From Eledone cirrhosa (taxonomy: Eukaryota), in contig OZ024743.1 in assembly GCA_964016885.1 (NCBI GenBank), positions 225,804,001-225,868,000 of the forward strand: a DNA stretch of 64,000 bases. The letters run 5' to 3'. Every line of letters begins with the position of its first letter. The first letter of the stretch is position 1. A program made the translations under genes and the position numbers. The notes under the pieces were generated by a model. The model did no database searches. It worked only from the letters and a program-made list of their open reading frames with translations, and was not told the origin of the DNA. Of the stretch, positions 1 through 11,794 are shown in pieces.

Positions 1-1923
1 TTTGGCGTTCGACACCACTACGGTGACATCGTCCGCATATGCTGACACGGATCTTCCGCATCCTAGTTCGCGCGGGACCCCTCTCAACGTCTCCACTCTG
101 TGCAGTAATGGCTCGAGAGTCAATAGGTACAAGGGGGACGAGAGGGGACATCCTTGGCGGACCGAGCGCATGATGTTGAACGGTTCCGAAAGGTGACCGT
201 TCACTCTCACCACAGAGCAGATGTCGCTGTGCATGGCAGCGATCCAGCCTCTGAAGACGGGCCCAAAGCCAGCCGCCCTTAGGACTGCCGCTAGGTAACG
301 ATGGTCGACCCTATCGAAGGCTTTCGACTGATCTAAATTTCTCAAAGACCCACCCGTGCCAGGTTCCCTAGCTACCCTCTCTACGATGTATCGCATGAGG
401 TGGAGGTTGTCGTGGATGGATCTGTCGGAAATGGCGCATGATTGCGCCTCTCCCACCAGACCACCAACGACAAGCGTCAACCTCTTTGCTAGCACCTTGG
501 CCAAAATCTTGAACTCTGTGTTTAGCAGAGTTATGGGCCTAAAATTATCTATGTTATCCCCCTTGTTCGGATCCTTTCTCAGCAGCGCCACCGCTCCTCG
601 GCTCACAGAGCTGGGAATTCTCCCGTTCTGTTGCCAGTTGCAGTAGACGTCCGCCAAGAGGCCTCCGAACAAGTTTGGCATTTGTACGTAAAGTTCATAG
701 GGCAGACCATCCAAACCAGGCGATTTACCCCTTGTGCAGCCAGTCAATGCCTCCCGTACTTCAGCGGTTGTTATTGGCTTTTCGCAACACTCCGCCTCAG
801 TGGCCGAAAGCCGCGGCAGTCCGTCGAGGTAGACACTAAAGTCCATCCCTCGATCCGGCCCGCCACTGCCCCCGAAAAGTTGAGCGAAGTGTCGCTGAAA
901 AGCTTCACACATTTGCCCGGGATCGAGTAGCATGCGCCCGTCGTGGTCCACCAAAGACCGGATCGTGGCTTTGTTGCCACGACGCGCCTCCGCCACTCGG
1001 GCCCATTGAACGGCTTTCGTCCCCTCGTGTCTGAGAGCACGCACCCTAGCTCTGACAACGCAGCCTTCGTGCTTTGCATTGAAGAATTTGTCAAGGGCCA
1101 ATTTCGCCGCAAGTACGTCGGTCGCGATGCCTTTACTAAGCGCCTCGTCTAATTTTCTAACCAATTCTCTCTCTGCTCTAATTTTCTCTATTACTAAAGC
1201 CTTACTAAACCTAATGGACTCTATTCGAATTGCTCTTTTCAGAGCAAACCACCACTTGCTGTTGAGGATGGCCCCCGTCAACGCCCGCTTAACTAGTTCG
1301 CTAATCCGGTCTCTGTAGGCCTTGCGCGCTGGTAAGGACGCGTTTAGCTTCCAGTAGCCGGGTCCTCGTCTATGAAGCCTATCTAAGTCAAGCACACAGA
1401 TCACGAATTTGTGGTCCATGTAGCTGACTATCTTGAATTGTGGACAGCCTATGCTAGACCTATCTATTTCCCTACAAAATACTCTAGATATGATCTGGAT
1501 GACCCTATGCGATTTGTCCAAGTCCACATTGGTACATTCGGGAAATCCAATCGGTACCTGTCAGACAGTTCAAAACGCCTGAGCAGGTTGGTGAGACTCT
1601 TCCACCCTGCTCCCCTATCCACTAATCCCACACAATCCCATCGTGCATCTAAGATCCTGTTCCAGTCTCCCACTAACACTAAAGAGCGAGACGTTCCAAG
1701 AAAGGTCTCTAGACGCCGGAAGAAATCAGGCCGCCCTGCTGGGAGATGCGTACACATCGTAGCTGCCGAAGATCGGTGCGAAGGCCCGTGCTTCGGAGAT
1801 TCTGGTCTCGCTGATGGCCACTACATCTATGTTTAGTGACCAGAGGTCGTTGAGCAGGTGGCCCTGCTTCCATGACGACCCCAAGTCACGCGCATTTATG
1901 CTGCCTATTCTGAGTGAGGTCAT
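1..1923 (-). pseudogene. A1 ORF2 (APE endonuclease-RT), disrupted
   Basis: Starts MTSLRIGSINAR. About 165-bp deletion at ~1740 relative to A3, plus frameshifts. RT motifs QGCPLS and YADD near 30-160. Confidence 0.88.
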
Positions 1924-1957
1924 GTTGAAAAGGAGTGGAAAAGATGGGAAAGACCAC

Positions 1958-3964
1958 TTACCTTACTTCTCGTAGAGGAAGGACGGTTTTTCCATCCTTT
2001 TCACTGCTTCTGGCCTCCTCAGGAAGGATGTCCTTATGAATCCTCCTGGAGAGTGCTTGTCGGAAGTCTCCGATGTCTTTGGGGAATTTTTGTTTTAGTG
2101 TCATGTACGTTTTCTGTGTGATGCGAGTGATTTGTATGTGTGGAGGTGGTGTGAATTTTTGGGTTGTTGTGTAGTCTTTTTCTGTGATGCTGGTGTTGTG
2201 TTGGATGTAGTGTAATAATTGGTTGTTGTTCAAATTTAATGCTGTGTAGTGTGTATCGTTTTGGTTGTTTTGTTTTGTTTGCATTTGTTGTGGGTTTGTT
2301 TCTGTTTCGCATTCTGGTGACTTTTGTGGTGTAGGTGATGGTGGTGTTGGGGTTAATGATGGTGATGGTGTTGGTGTTTGGGGTGATGGGATTGGTGATG
2401 CTGGTGTGGATGGTGGCATATCTGTCCTAACTTTTTTGTTTGTTAATTTATTTGTTTCCCTCTGTATTTTTTTTTGGAGGGGGAAGGAAGAGAATTTTTT
2501 CTTTTTTGGTTTCTTTTTTTTTTTCCTGATACCGTTTCCCACTCCTCGTTGTCACAATCTGTCTCCAGTTGTGATAGGCCGGGGAGTGGAAAATCCTCCA
2601 CAGGCGTTAGTTTTGGTTGTGGCGTGGTGGATGGTGTAGGCGCTGGTGCTAGTTCTGAAGCGTTGGGTGGTGGTGGTGTTGGTTTTGCTGGTGGCGGTGG
2701 TGTTGGTTTTGCTACTGTTGCTGGGGTTGTTGCTGTTATAGTTGCTTCTGTTGTTGCTGCTACAGTTGTTGCTGCCATCTCTGCTACTGGTGGTGTTGAT
2801 GGTTGAGTCACTGGGGTGGGTAGGAGAGGTGGCCTCAACCTTTTAGCCTGAGGGCAGAAAGCCCTTAGGTGGGTTCCTTCACCACAAACGACACACCTAG
2901 GCCTTCTGCCCTCGACAATTACGGTGAGGTGGCTGCCGTCAGTGAGGTCTATTACCTCCGGGATCTCCTCAATGCTTTTTTGGTCCGCTTGGATCAGGAG
3001 CTCCATCCCAGATCCGGACCAGTTCTCCTGCTTTTCTTTTGCTATTGCTATTATCTTTGTGTTGGCTTCGATGCCGGCGAGGACGGCCGCTATTAGCCAG
3101 GGAATTTCGATGGCCGGTGGAACGTGGGTGACCCTGATCTTTACGAGTCTCTGGCCACAATAGCTTGGGACGAGTGTGAAGTCGTCACTTCTTAATGGGG
3201 CCATGGAGTATTCTCTAGCCTCCTCTGGTGTTTCAAAGAACACGTCCAAGGTTCCATACTTCTGCCCACGTCTGATGTGGGTTTTTATTGCCCACACATG
3301 TCCCAAAGCTTTTTGGATTTGGGACTCGGATGCCCGTTCCCATTCGGCGCGATTTTACATTTATTGTTCGATACGACACGGTGCTTAGGCGCCGATGCTC
3401 CATTTTATTAGGTGGGGTGGGGTGGGGGTGGGGTGGGGTGAGGCTGACCCTGTACCCATCTTTCTTTACCATTTTTTTGGCATTTTCTAATTCCTCATGA
3501 GTTACCGTAAATGCTTCGCACTGTTTTGCTACTCTGGCAAAACTCAGGGTGGTTTTTTTAATGTCATTGTTGTTGTTGTTGTTGCTATCGTTATTTTTGT
3601 TATTATTAATTTTAGTTTCAGTTGTGGTGGTGGTGACGTCAGTGGAGTTCGGTTTGGAAGAGTCCATTTTGGTTGAAAATATTTCGACATCACGAGTTGA
3701 TTTATTTTTTCCTTTTGTTTCTTTTGTCGTGGTGGTGGTGAGGGTGGTGGTTGTCGCGGTGGTGGTGGTGGTGGCGGCTTTAACACCTGCAGCCATTGGT
3801 AATGGCGGGAAATGAATGTCTGCCTGAGACAAATTAAAAATATTGCTAGTGCTTAAATTGTTTGTGTTGGCAAACGTAGTATCATTTACAATGGTGGTGT
3901 CGGTGTGGGGTGTTAATTTGTGAGGAAGGCTTTCAGCTGCTTGGTGCAGAGGTGAATTAGCCAT
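1958..3964 (-). pseudogene. A1 ORF1 (gag-like, CX2CX4HX4C knuckle), frameshifted
   Basis: Overlapping ORFs 3233-3964, 2443-3306 and 1958-2542. Contains CVVCGEGTHLRAFC and Pro/Thr-rich linkers. Confidence 0.85.
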
Positions 3965-4174
3965 TTTTTTTTCAAAGAAATTTTTTGATAATCATAAAAG
4001 TTTAAATTTTGGGCACAAGGCCCCAATCTTTTTGGGTGTCCTTTTCGGAAAACAATGTATGTGCGCTTATATATAGTTAACAATAAAAATTTTCCATAAA
4101 TGGCAATTTTTAACAAACGGAAATAACAAACCTTTGCGGAACTCACCATGATACGATTTACTACGTAGGTCGCC

Positions 4175-4201
4175 AATAATAATAATAATAATAAAAATAA
4201 T
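4175..4201. repeat. (AAT)n spacer, A1/A2
   Basis: Direct reading. Confidence 0.95.
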
Positions 4202-5002
4202 GATTTCTTTATTAACCACAAGGGTTTACATAAAGTAGACATTAAGGACAGTGCAGGACAATACAGGACGGTACAAATGGGCATTTCTGCGTGTAAAAAA
4301 GAAAAACACAGGATGTAACAAAAAACAAAAATGAAAAATTCCCCAATAGGGGTGAGACTTCGGCGGGACATTTGTGGAGAAAGCCCAGTAAAAAGCCACA
4401 GTGACCCTGACCACCAAGGCAAGTGCCCTCTCCCAGTTTTCCACCTTTAATTTACAGATATATACTCAGAGTAGGCCCATTCACTCGGGCCATTCTTTCC
4501 TCTCTCACCCATCTTTCAACAAAAAGCTGGGAAGAGAGCACTTCCCTCTCTACCCTGATTTTCCTTTTCAAATGAAATTAGAAAAAGTTAATCAGGGCAT
4601 CACCGAAGAGGTAAGTGCTCGTCTTAAGCCGTTTTAGACGTGTCCACCATACTATCTCTTTCGCCATGGCCACCAGACAGATAAAAACTGCCTGCCCTTT
4701 CCGGATAAAGGAAGAAGGCGGGGTAATCCTCACGATGGACTCAGCTGATAGTCGGATCCGTTCTACACGTTCTACGTCGTCGCTCTTCCCCTCCACTAAT
4801 CCTCTATAGAACGCCAAGGTGGAGTTTCCACCGATCACATTGCCCGATTGGTCAAGGGCTGTGAGCCCCTGAAGACATTCCAGTCTCCAAGCGCTCCCTC
4901 TCGGTCTTCGCTTGACCCAGGAGTGCAGCTCCGTCAAGGAGATGAGCTGGGGAAAGACGCGTCTAGCAAACGGCGACCACACCTGATCACCGTCAAAGGA
5001 AG
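4202..5002 (-). mobile_element. Tx1-A copy A2, heavily 5'-truncated, with internal deletion
   Basis: ORF2 C-terminus plus 3'UTR with AATAAA. About 270 bp, including the C-terminal Cys motif, is missing at ~4772 relative to A3. Confidence 0.9.

Positions 5003-5055
<53 letters not shown>
5003..5055. repeat. (AAT)n spacer, A2/A3
   Basis: Direct reading. Confidence 0.95.
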
Positions 5056-5056
<1 letters not shown>

Positions 5057-5299
5057 TTTTCTTTATTAACCACAAGGGTTTATATAAAGTAGACATTAAG
5101 GACAGTACAGGACAATACAGGACGGTACAAATGGGCATTTCTGCGTGTAAAAAAAACGGAGGTTGAAATAAAAAAACAAAGAAAAATTCCCCAATAGGGG
5201 GGAGACTTCCAAGGGACATTTGTGGAGAAAGCCCATTAAAAGACCACAGTGGCCCTGACCACCAGGGCAAGTGCCTTCTCCCAGTTTTCCACCTTTAAT

Positions 5300-8200
5300 T
5301 TACAGACACATACTCAGAGAAGGCCCATTCATTCGGGCCATACTTGCTTCTCTCACCCATCTTTCAACAAAATGCTGGGAAGAGAGCACTTCCCTCTCTA
5401 CCCTGATTTTCCTTTTCAAATGAAATTTGAAAAAGTTAATCAGGGCATCACCGAAGAGGTAAGTGCTCGTCTTCAGCCCTTTCAAACGTGTCCACCATAC
5501 TATCTCTTTCGCCATGGCCACCAGACAGATAAAAACTGCCTGCCCTTCCCGGCTAAAGGAAGGGGGCGGGGCAATCCTCACGATGGACTCAGCTGATAGC
5601 TGGATCCGTCCTACACGTGACAGCAGGTGTTCGACATAAACTCACAAGTCAGCAATGCTCGGACACTGGACGAGTGCGTGCAGGACGGTTTCGTCGCCCT
5701 GCGCGCATCTCGGACATGCCCGGCTGACGGCACCTCCATGCCTGTAGAGTTTATCCCGAACTGTCAAAGCTCCTCGGTAGCACTGCCAGGCCAGGGATTT
5801 CTGGAAGTTGTCCATAGGCCCCGGCCCGAAAGTCCTTCCGAGGAGATTGGCTAGTTGATTTTCGTCGACGCCGAGAGTTTCTCCAAGTACGTCATCGCTC
5901 TTCCCCTCCACTAATCCCCTATAGAACGCCAAGGTGGAGTTTCCACCGATCAAATTGCCCGATTGGTGGAGGGCTGTGAGCGCCTGAAGACATTCCAGTC
6001 TCCAAGCGCTCCTTCTCGGTCTTCGCTTGACCCAGGACTGCAGCTCCGTCAAGGAGACGAGCTGGGGAAAAACGTGTCTAGCAAACGGCGACCACACCTG
6101 ATCACCGTCGAGGAAGAGGTGGAGATGTCGTAGCCTGAGCGCGTGTCTGCGCATCATCAGCCACGGCATGCCCAGCCCTCCACGTAGCGGGTGTTGACAG
6201 CAGATGGACCGCCTGACCATCGGAGCGCGTCCCTTCCACAAGAAGCGAAAGAGCAAACGCTCCAGCGCAGTCAGTCGGGGCTTAGGACAAGGTACGACGG
6301 TCAGGCGGTAGTAGATGACGGACGCGATGTACGCGTTAGCCACCTCCGCTCGACCTTTCAGGAATAGCTTCCTCTCGGCCCATTTCTGGGTGAGAGAAAC
6401 CACCCTGCTCGTCACCTCGTCCCAGTTTTTGTCCGTCTTGAGGTCTGGACCGAACCAGACCCCTAGCAATTTAACCGGTCCGTCCGTCCAGCGCCCGACG
6501 ACGTTGTTGGACGGCATGGACCTGCCTCTCCAGGTGCCGAGCTGCAGGCCCACTGACTTTTCCTGGTTGATCATTGCTCCTGTCACCGCTTCGTATTCTC
6601 TTAGTGTAGTGCCGATCGCCTCGATGGGTTTGGCGTTCGACACCACTACGGTGACATCGTCGGCATATGCTGACACGGATCTTCCGCATCCTAGTTCGCG
6701 CGGGACCCCCCTCAACGTCTCAACTCTGTGCAGTAATGGCTCGAGAGTCAATACGTACAATAGGGACGAGAGGGGACATCCTTGGCGGACCGAGCGCATG
6801 ATGTTGAACGGTTCCGAAAGGTGACCGTTCACTCTCACTACAGAGCAGATGTCGCTGTGCATTGCAGCGATCCAGCCTCTGAAGACGGGCCCAAAACCAG
6901 CCGCCCTCAGGACTGCCGCTAGGTAACGATGGTCGACCCTATCGAAGGCTTTCGATTGATCTGAATTGATCAAAGACCCACCCTTGCCAGGTTCCCTAGC
7001 TACCCTCTCTACGATGTATCGCATGAGGTGGAGATTGTCGTGGATGGATCTGTCGGGAATGGCGCATGTCTGTGCCTCTCCCACCAGACCACCAACGACA
7101 AGCGCCAACCTCTTTGTTAGCACCTTGGCCAAGATCTTGAACTCTGTGTTTAGCAGAGTTAAGGGCCTAAAATTATCTATGTTATTCCCCTTGTTCGGAT
7201 CCTTTCTCAGCAGCGCCACCGCTCCTCGGCTCACAGAGCTGGGAATTCTCCCGTTCTGTTGCCAGTTGCAGTAGACGTCCGCCAAGAGGCCTCCGAACAA
7301 GTTTGGCATTTGTACGTAAAGTTCATAGGGCAGACCATCCAAACCAGGCGATTTACCCCTTGTGCAACTAGTCATTGCATCCCGTACTTCAGCGGTTGTT
7401 ATCGGCTTTTCGCAACACTCCGCCTCAGTGGCCGAAAGCCGCGGCAGTCCGTCGAGGTAGACACTAAAGTCCATCCCTCGATCCGGCCCGCCGCTGCCCC
7501 CGAACAGTTGAGCGAAGTGTCGCTGAAAAGCTTCACACATTTGCCCGGGATCGAGTAGCATGCGTCCGTCGTGGTCCACCAAAGACCGGATCGTGGCTTT
7601 GTTGCCACGACGCGCCTCCGCCACTCGGGCCCATTGAACGGCTTTCGTCCCCTCGTGTCTGAGAGCACGCACCCTAGCTCTGACAACGCAGCCTTCGTGC
7701 TTTGCATTGAAGAATTGGTCAAGGGCCAATTTCGCCGCAAGCACGTCGGTCGCGATGCCTTTGCTAAGCGCCTCATCTAATTTTCTAACTAGTTCTCCCT
7801 CTGCTCTATTTTTCTCTATTGCTAAAGTCTTACTAAACCTAATGGACTCTATTCTAATTGCTCTTTTCAGAGCAAACCACCACTTGTTGTTGACGATGGC
7901 CCCCGTCAACGCCCGCTTAACTAGTTCGCTAATCCGGTCTCTGTAGGCCTTGCGCGCTGGTAAGGACGCGTTTAGCTTCCAGTAGCCGGGTCCTCGTCTA
8001 TGAAGCCTATCTAAGTCAAGCACACACATCACGAATTTGTGGTCCGTGTAGCTGACTATCTTGAATTGTGGACAGCCTATGCTAGACCTATCTATTTCCC
8101 TACAAAATACTCTATCTAGATATGATCTGGATGACCCTATGCGATTTGTCCAAGTCCACATTGGTACATTCGGGAAATCCATTCGGTACCTGTCAGACAG

Positions 8201-8719
8201 TTCAAAACGTCTGAGCAGGTTGGTGAGACTCTTGCACCCTCCTTCCCTATCCACTAATCCCACACAATCCCAGCGTGTATCTAAGATCCCGTTCCAGTCG
8301 CCCACTAATACTAAAGAGCGGGACGTTCCAAGAAAGGTCTCCAGACGCCGGAAGAAATCAGGCCGCCCTGCTCCTGTCGGGGCATAGACGGCCACTAACC
8401 TGAAAGCTTGCCCGTCTCCGCTGGTCACTTCCAGCACCACCAACTTACCTTCTGGGTCCAGGAAGATGGCCCGTATGGCAAGATCCAAACCTCTCCGAAA
8501 AAGCACAGCAACTCCTCCCCCCGAACCCGGACGGCTGGGAGATGCGTACACATCGTAGCCGCCGAAGATCGGTGCGAAAGCCTGTGCTTCGGAGATTCTG
8601 GTCTCGCTGATGGCCACTACATCTATGTTTAGTGACCTGAGGTCGTTGAGCAGGTGGCCCTGCTTCCATGACGACCCCAAGCCACGCGCATTTATGCTGC
8701 CTATTCTGAGTGAGGTCAT
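5300..8719 (-). CDS. A3 ORF2: APE endonuclease, reverse transcriptase and C-terminal Cys/His motif, one premature TGA at 5642-5644
   Basis: 1025-aa ORF with GDWN, YLDR, TDH, PGLDG, FRPLTLLN, KAFDRVDH, QGCPLS, YADD and CPRC..ETVLHALVQC. The frame continues past the TGA to a stop at 5300. Confidence 0.93.
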
Positions 8720-8753
8720 GTTGAAAAGGAGTGGAAAAGATGGGAAAGACCAC

Positions 8754-10765
8754 TTACCTTACTTCTCGTAGGGGAAGGACGGTTTTTCCATCCTTTTCAC
8801 TGCTTGTGGCCTCCTCAGGAAGGATGTCCTTATAAATCCTCCTGGAGAGTGCTTGTCGGAAGTCTCCGATGTCTTTGGAGAATTTTTGTTTTAGTGTCAT
8901 GTACGTTTTCTGTGTGATGCGAGTGATTTGTATGTGTGGAGGTGGTGTGAATTTTTGGGTTGTTGTGTAGTCTTTTTCTGTGATGCTGGTGTTATGTTGG
9001 ATGTAGTGTAATAATTGCTTGTTGTTCAAATTTAATGCTGTGTAGTGTGTATCGTTTTGGTTGTTTTGTTTTGTTTGCGTTTGTTGTGGGTTTGTTTCTG
9101 TTTCGCATTTTGGTGACTTTTGTGGTGTAGGTGATGGTGGTGCTGGGGTTAATGATGGTGATGGTGTTGGTGTTTGTGTTGATGGGGTTGGTGATTCTGG
9201 TGTGGATGGTGGCATATCTGTCCTAAATTTTTGTTTTTTAATTTATTTGTTTCCCTCTGTATTTTGTTTTTGGAGGGGGAAGGAAGAGAATTTTTTCTTT
9301 TTTGGTTTCTTTTTTTTTTCCGGATATCGTTTCCCACTCCTTGTCGTCACAATCTGTCTCCAGTTGTGATAGGCCGGGGAGTGGAAAATCCTCCACAGCC
9401 GTTAGTTTTGGTTGTGGTGTGGTGGATGGTGTAGGCGCTGGTGCTAGTTCTGAAGCGTTGGGTGGTGGTGGTGTTGGTTTTGCTGGTGGTGGTAGTGGTG
9501 TTGGTTTTGCTACTGTTGCTGGGGTTGTTGCTGTTATAGTTGCTTCTGTTGTTGCTGCTACAGTTGTTGCTGCCATCTCTGCTACTGGTGGTGTTGATGG
9601 TTGTGTCACTGGGGTGGGTAGGAGAGGTGGCCTCAACCTTTTAGCCTGAGGGCAGAAAGCCCTTAGGTGGGTTCCTTCACCACAAACGACACACCTAGGT
9701 CTTCTGCCCTCGACAATTACCGTGAGGTGGCTGCCGTCAGTGAGGTCTATTACCTCTGGGATCTCCTCAATGCTTTTTTGGTCCGCTTGGATCAGGAGCT
9801 CCATCCCAGATCCGGACCAGTTTTCCTGCTTTTCTTTTGCTATTGCTATTATTTTCGTGTTGGCTTCGATGCCGGCGAGGACAGCTGCTATTAGCCAGGG
9901 AATTTCGATGGCCGGTGGAACGTCGGTCACCCTGCTCTTTACGAGTCTCTGGCCACAATAGCTTGGGACGAGTGTGAAGTCGTCACTTTTTAATGGGGCC
10001 ATGGAGTGTTCTCTAGACTCCTCTGGTGTTTCAAAGAACACATCCACGGTTCCATACTTTTGCCCACGTCTGATGTGGGTTTTTCTTGCCCACACATGTC
10101 CCAAAGCATTTTGGATTTGGGACTCGGATGCCCGTTCCACTCGGCGCGATTTTACATTTATTGTTCTATACGACACGGTGCATAGGCGCCGATGCTCCAT
10201 TTTATTAGGTGTGTGTGTGTGGGGGGGGGGGAGGTGAGGCTGACCCTGTACCCATCTTTCTTTACCATTTGTTTGGCATTTTCTAAATCTTCCTGAGTTA
10301 CCGTGAAAGCTTCGAATTGTTTTGCTACTCTGGCGAAACTGAGGGAGGTTTTTATAATGTTATTGTTGTTGTTGTTGCTATCGTTATTTGTGTTAATATT
10401 AATTTTAGTTTCAGTTGTGGTGGTGGTGACGTCAGTCGTCTTTTGTGCGGAAGGGTCCATTTTGCTTGATTTCATTTCGACATCACGAGTTAATTTATTT
10501 TTTTCTTCTCTTGTTTCTGTTGTCGCGGTGGTGGTGGGGGTGGTGGTTGTCGCGGTGGTGGTGGTGGTGGTGGAGGCTTTAACACCTGCAGTCATTGGTA
10601 ATGGCGGGAAATGAATGTCTTCCTGAGACAAATTTAAAATATTGCTACTGCTTATATTTTTTTTGTGTTGGCAAACGTAGTAACATTTACAATGGTGGTG
10701 TCGGTGTGAGGTGTTATTTTGTGAGGAAGGCTTTCAGCTGCTTCGTGCAGAGGTGAAGTAGCCAT
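8754..10765 (-). pseudogene. A3 ORF1, frameshifted at homopolymer runs
   Basis: Pieces 10652-10855, 10158-10631, 9238-10200 and 8754-9215, with CCHC knuckle. Confidence 0.85.
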
Positions 10766-10973
10766 TTTTTTCCAAACAAACTTTTTGATAATAATAAAAG
10801 TTAAAATTTTGGGCACAAGGCCCCAATCTTTTTGGGTGTCCTTTTCGGAAAACAATGTATGTGTGCTTATAAACAGTTAACAATAAAACTTTCCATAAAT
10901 GGCAATTTTTAACAAACGGAAATAACAAACCTTTGCGGAGCTCACGATGATACGATTTACTACGTAGGTTGCA

Positions 10974-11030
<57 letters not shown>
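10974..11030. repeat. (AAT)n
   Basis: Direct reading. Confidence 0.95.
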
Positions 11031-11031
<1 letters not shown>

Positions 11032-11518
11032 GTATGAGCATAAGCCAGAGGCGGTGATGGAGAACAATCAGGTGAAGGTGCTGTGGGACTTTAGGATACA
11101 GACGGACAAAAAACTGGAACACAATAGACCTGACCTGGTGGTTGTGGACAAAGAAAAAAGATCGTGTCTGATTGTGGATGTGGCCTGCCCGTTCGACACG
11201 AGAGTGCAAGAGAAGGAGAGGGAGAAAATTAACCGATACCAGGACCTAAAGTGGGAGGTGAAAAGGATTTGGAACTGCCATGAAGTCAAAGTGATCCCGA
11301 TTGTCATAGGCGCACTGGGGACTATCTCCAAAAGATTCCAGGGATGGTTAAAGAAAATCGGCCCCTTCACGCTTTTTGGAACGCTTCAAAAGGCATGCTT
11401 GCTTGGAACAGCAAGAACCCTCCGATACGTCCTGAATATCTGAGGCTGCAGGTAGTGGCTTGATATTCAATCCAACGGACTTTCCAGTTAACCAACGTCA
11501 ATGACTGAGATTCAAGGA
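11031..11518 (+). mobile_element. 5'-truncated R4/Dong-type non-LTR element (restriction-like endonuclease C-terminus and 3'UTR)
   Basis: ORF 11054-11443 has LWDFRIQTD..HNRPDLVVVDK..IVDVACPFD..EKINRYQDL..IPIVIGALG..LQKACLLGT, the PD-(D/E)xK domain of the R4 clade. Ends in an (AAT)n tail. Confidence 0.88.
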
Positions 11519-11550
11519 ATAACAACAATAATAATAATAATAATAATAAT
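11519..11550. repeat. (AAC/AAT)n shared tail of the R4 fragment and A4
   Basis: Direct reading. Confidence 0.9.
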
Positions 11551-11794
11551 GTTTTCTTTATTAACCACAAGGGTTTACATAAAGTAGACATTAAGGACAG
11601 TACAGGACAATACAGGACGGTACAAATGGGCATTTCTGCGTGTAAAAAAAACGGAGGTTGAAATAAAAAAACAAAGAAAAATTCCCCAATAGAGGGGAGA
11701 CTTCCAAGGGACATTTGTGGAGAAAGCCCATTAAAAGACCACAGTGGCCCTGACCACCAGGGCAAGTGCCCTCTCCCAGTTTTCCACCTTTAAT

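Larger units (their letters stand above)
1..4174 (-). mobile_element. Tx1-clade non-LTR retrotransposon, lineage A, copy A1 (5'-complete, 3' part outside window)
   Basis: Has 5'UTR, CCHC-knuckle ORF1 and APE-RT ORF2, near-identical to A3/A4. 5' end GGCGACCTACGTAG abuts (AAT)n. Confidence 0.93.
5056..10972 (-). mobile_element. Tx1-A copy A3, full length (~5.9 kb)
   Basis: 5'UTR, ORF1, ORF2 and 3'UTR with GGTTAATAAAG poly(A) signal followed by an (ATT)n tail. Confidence 0.95.

Noticed and set aside
5642-5644. Selenocysteine or readthrough TGA in ORF2
   Set aside because: It aligns with Trp TGG in A5 and lineage B, so it is an ordinary G>A change.
6315-8632. Recurrent antisense ORFs over Tx1 ORF2
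   Set aside because: These are shadow frames of GC-rich coding sequence, repeated only because the element is repeated.
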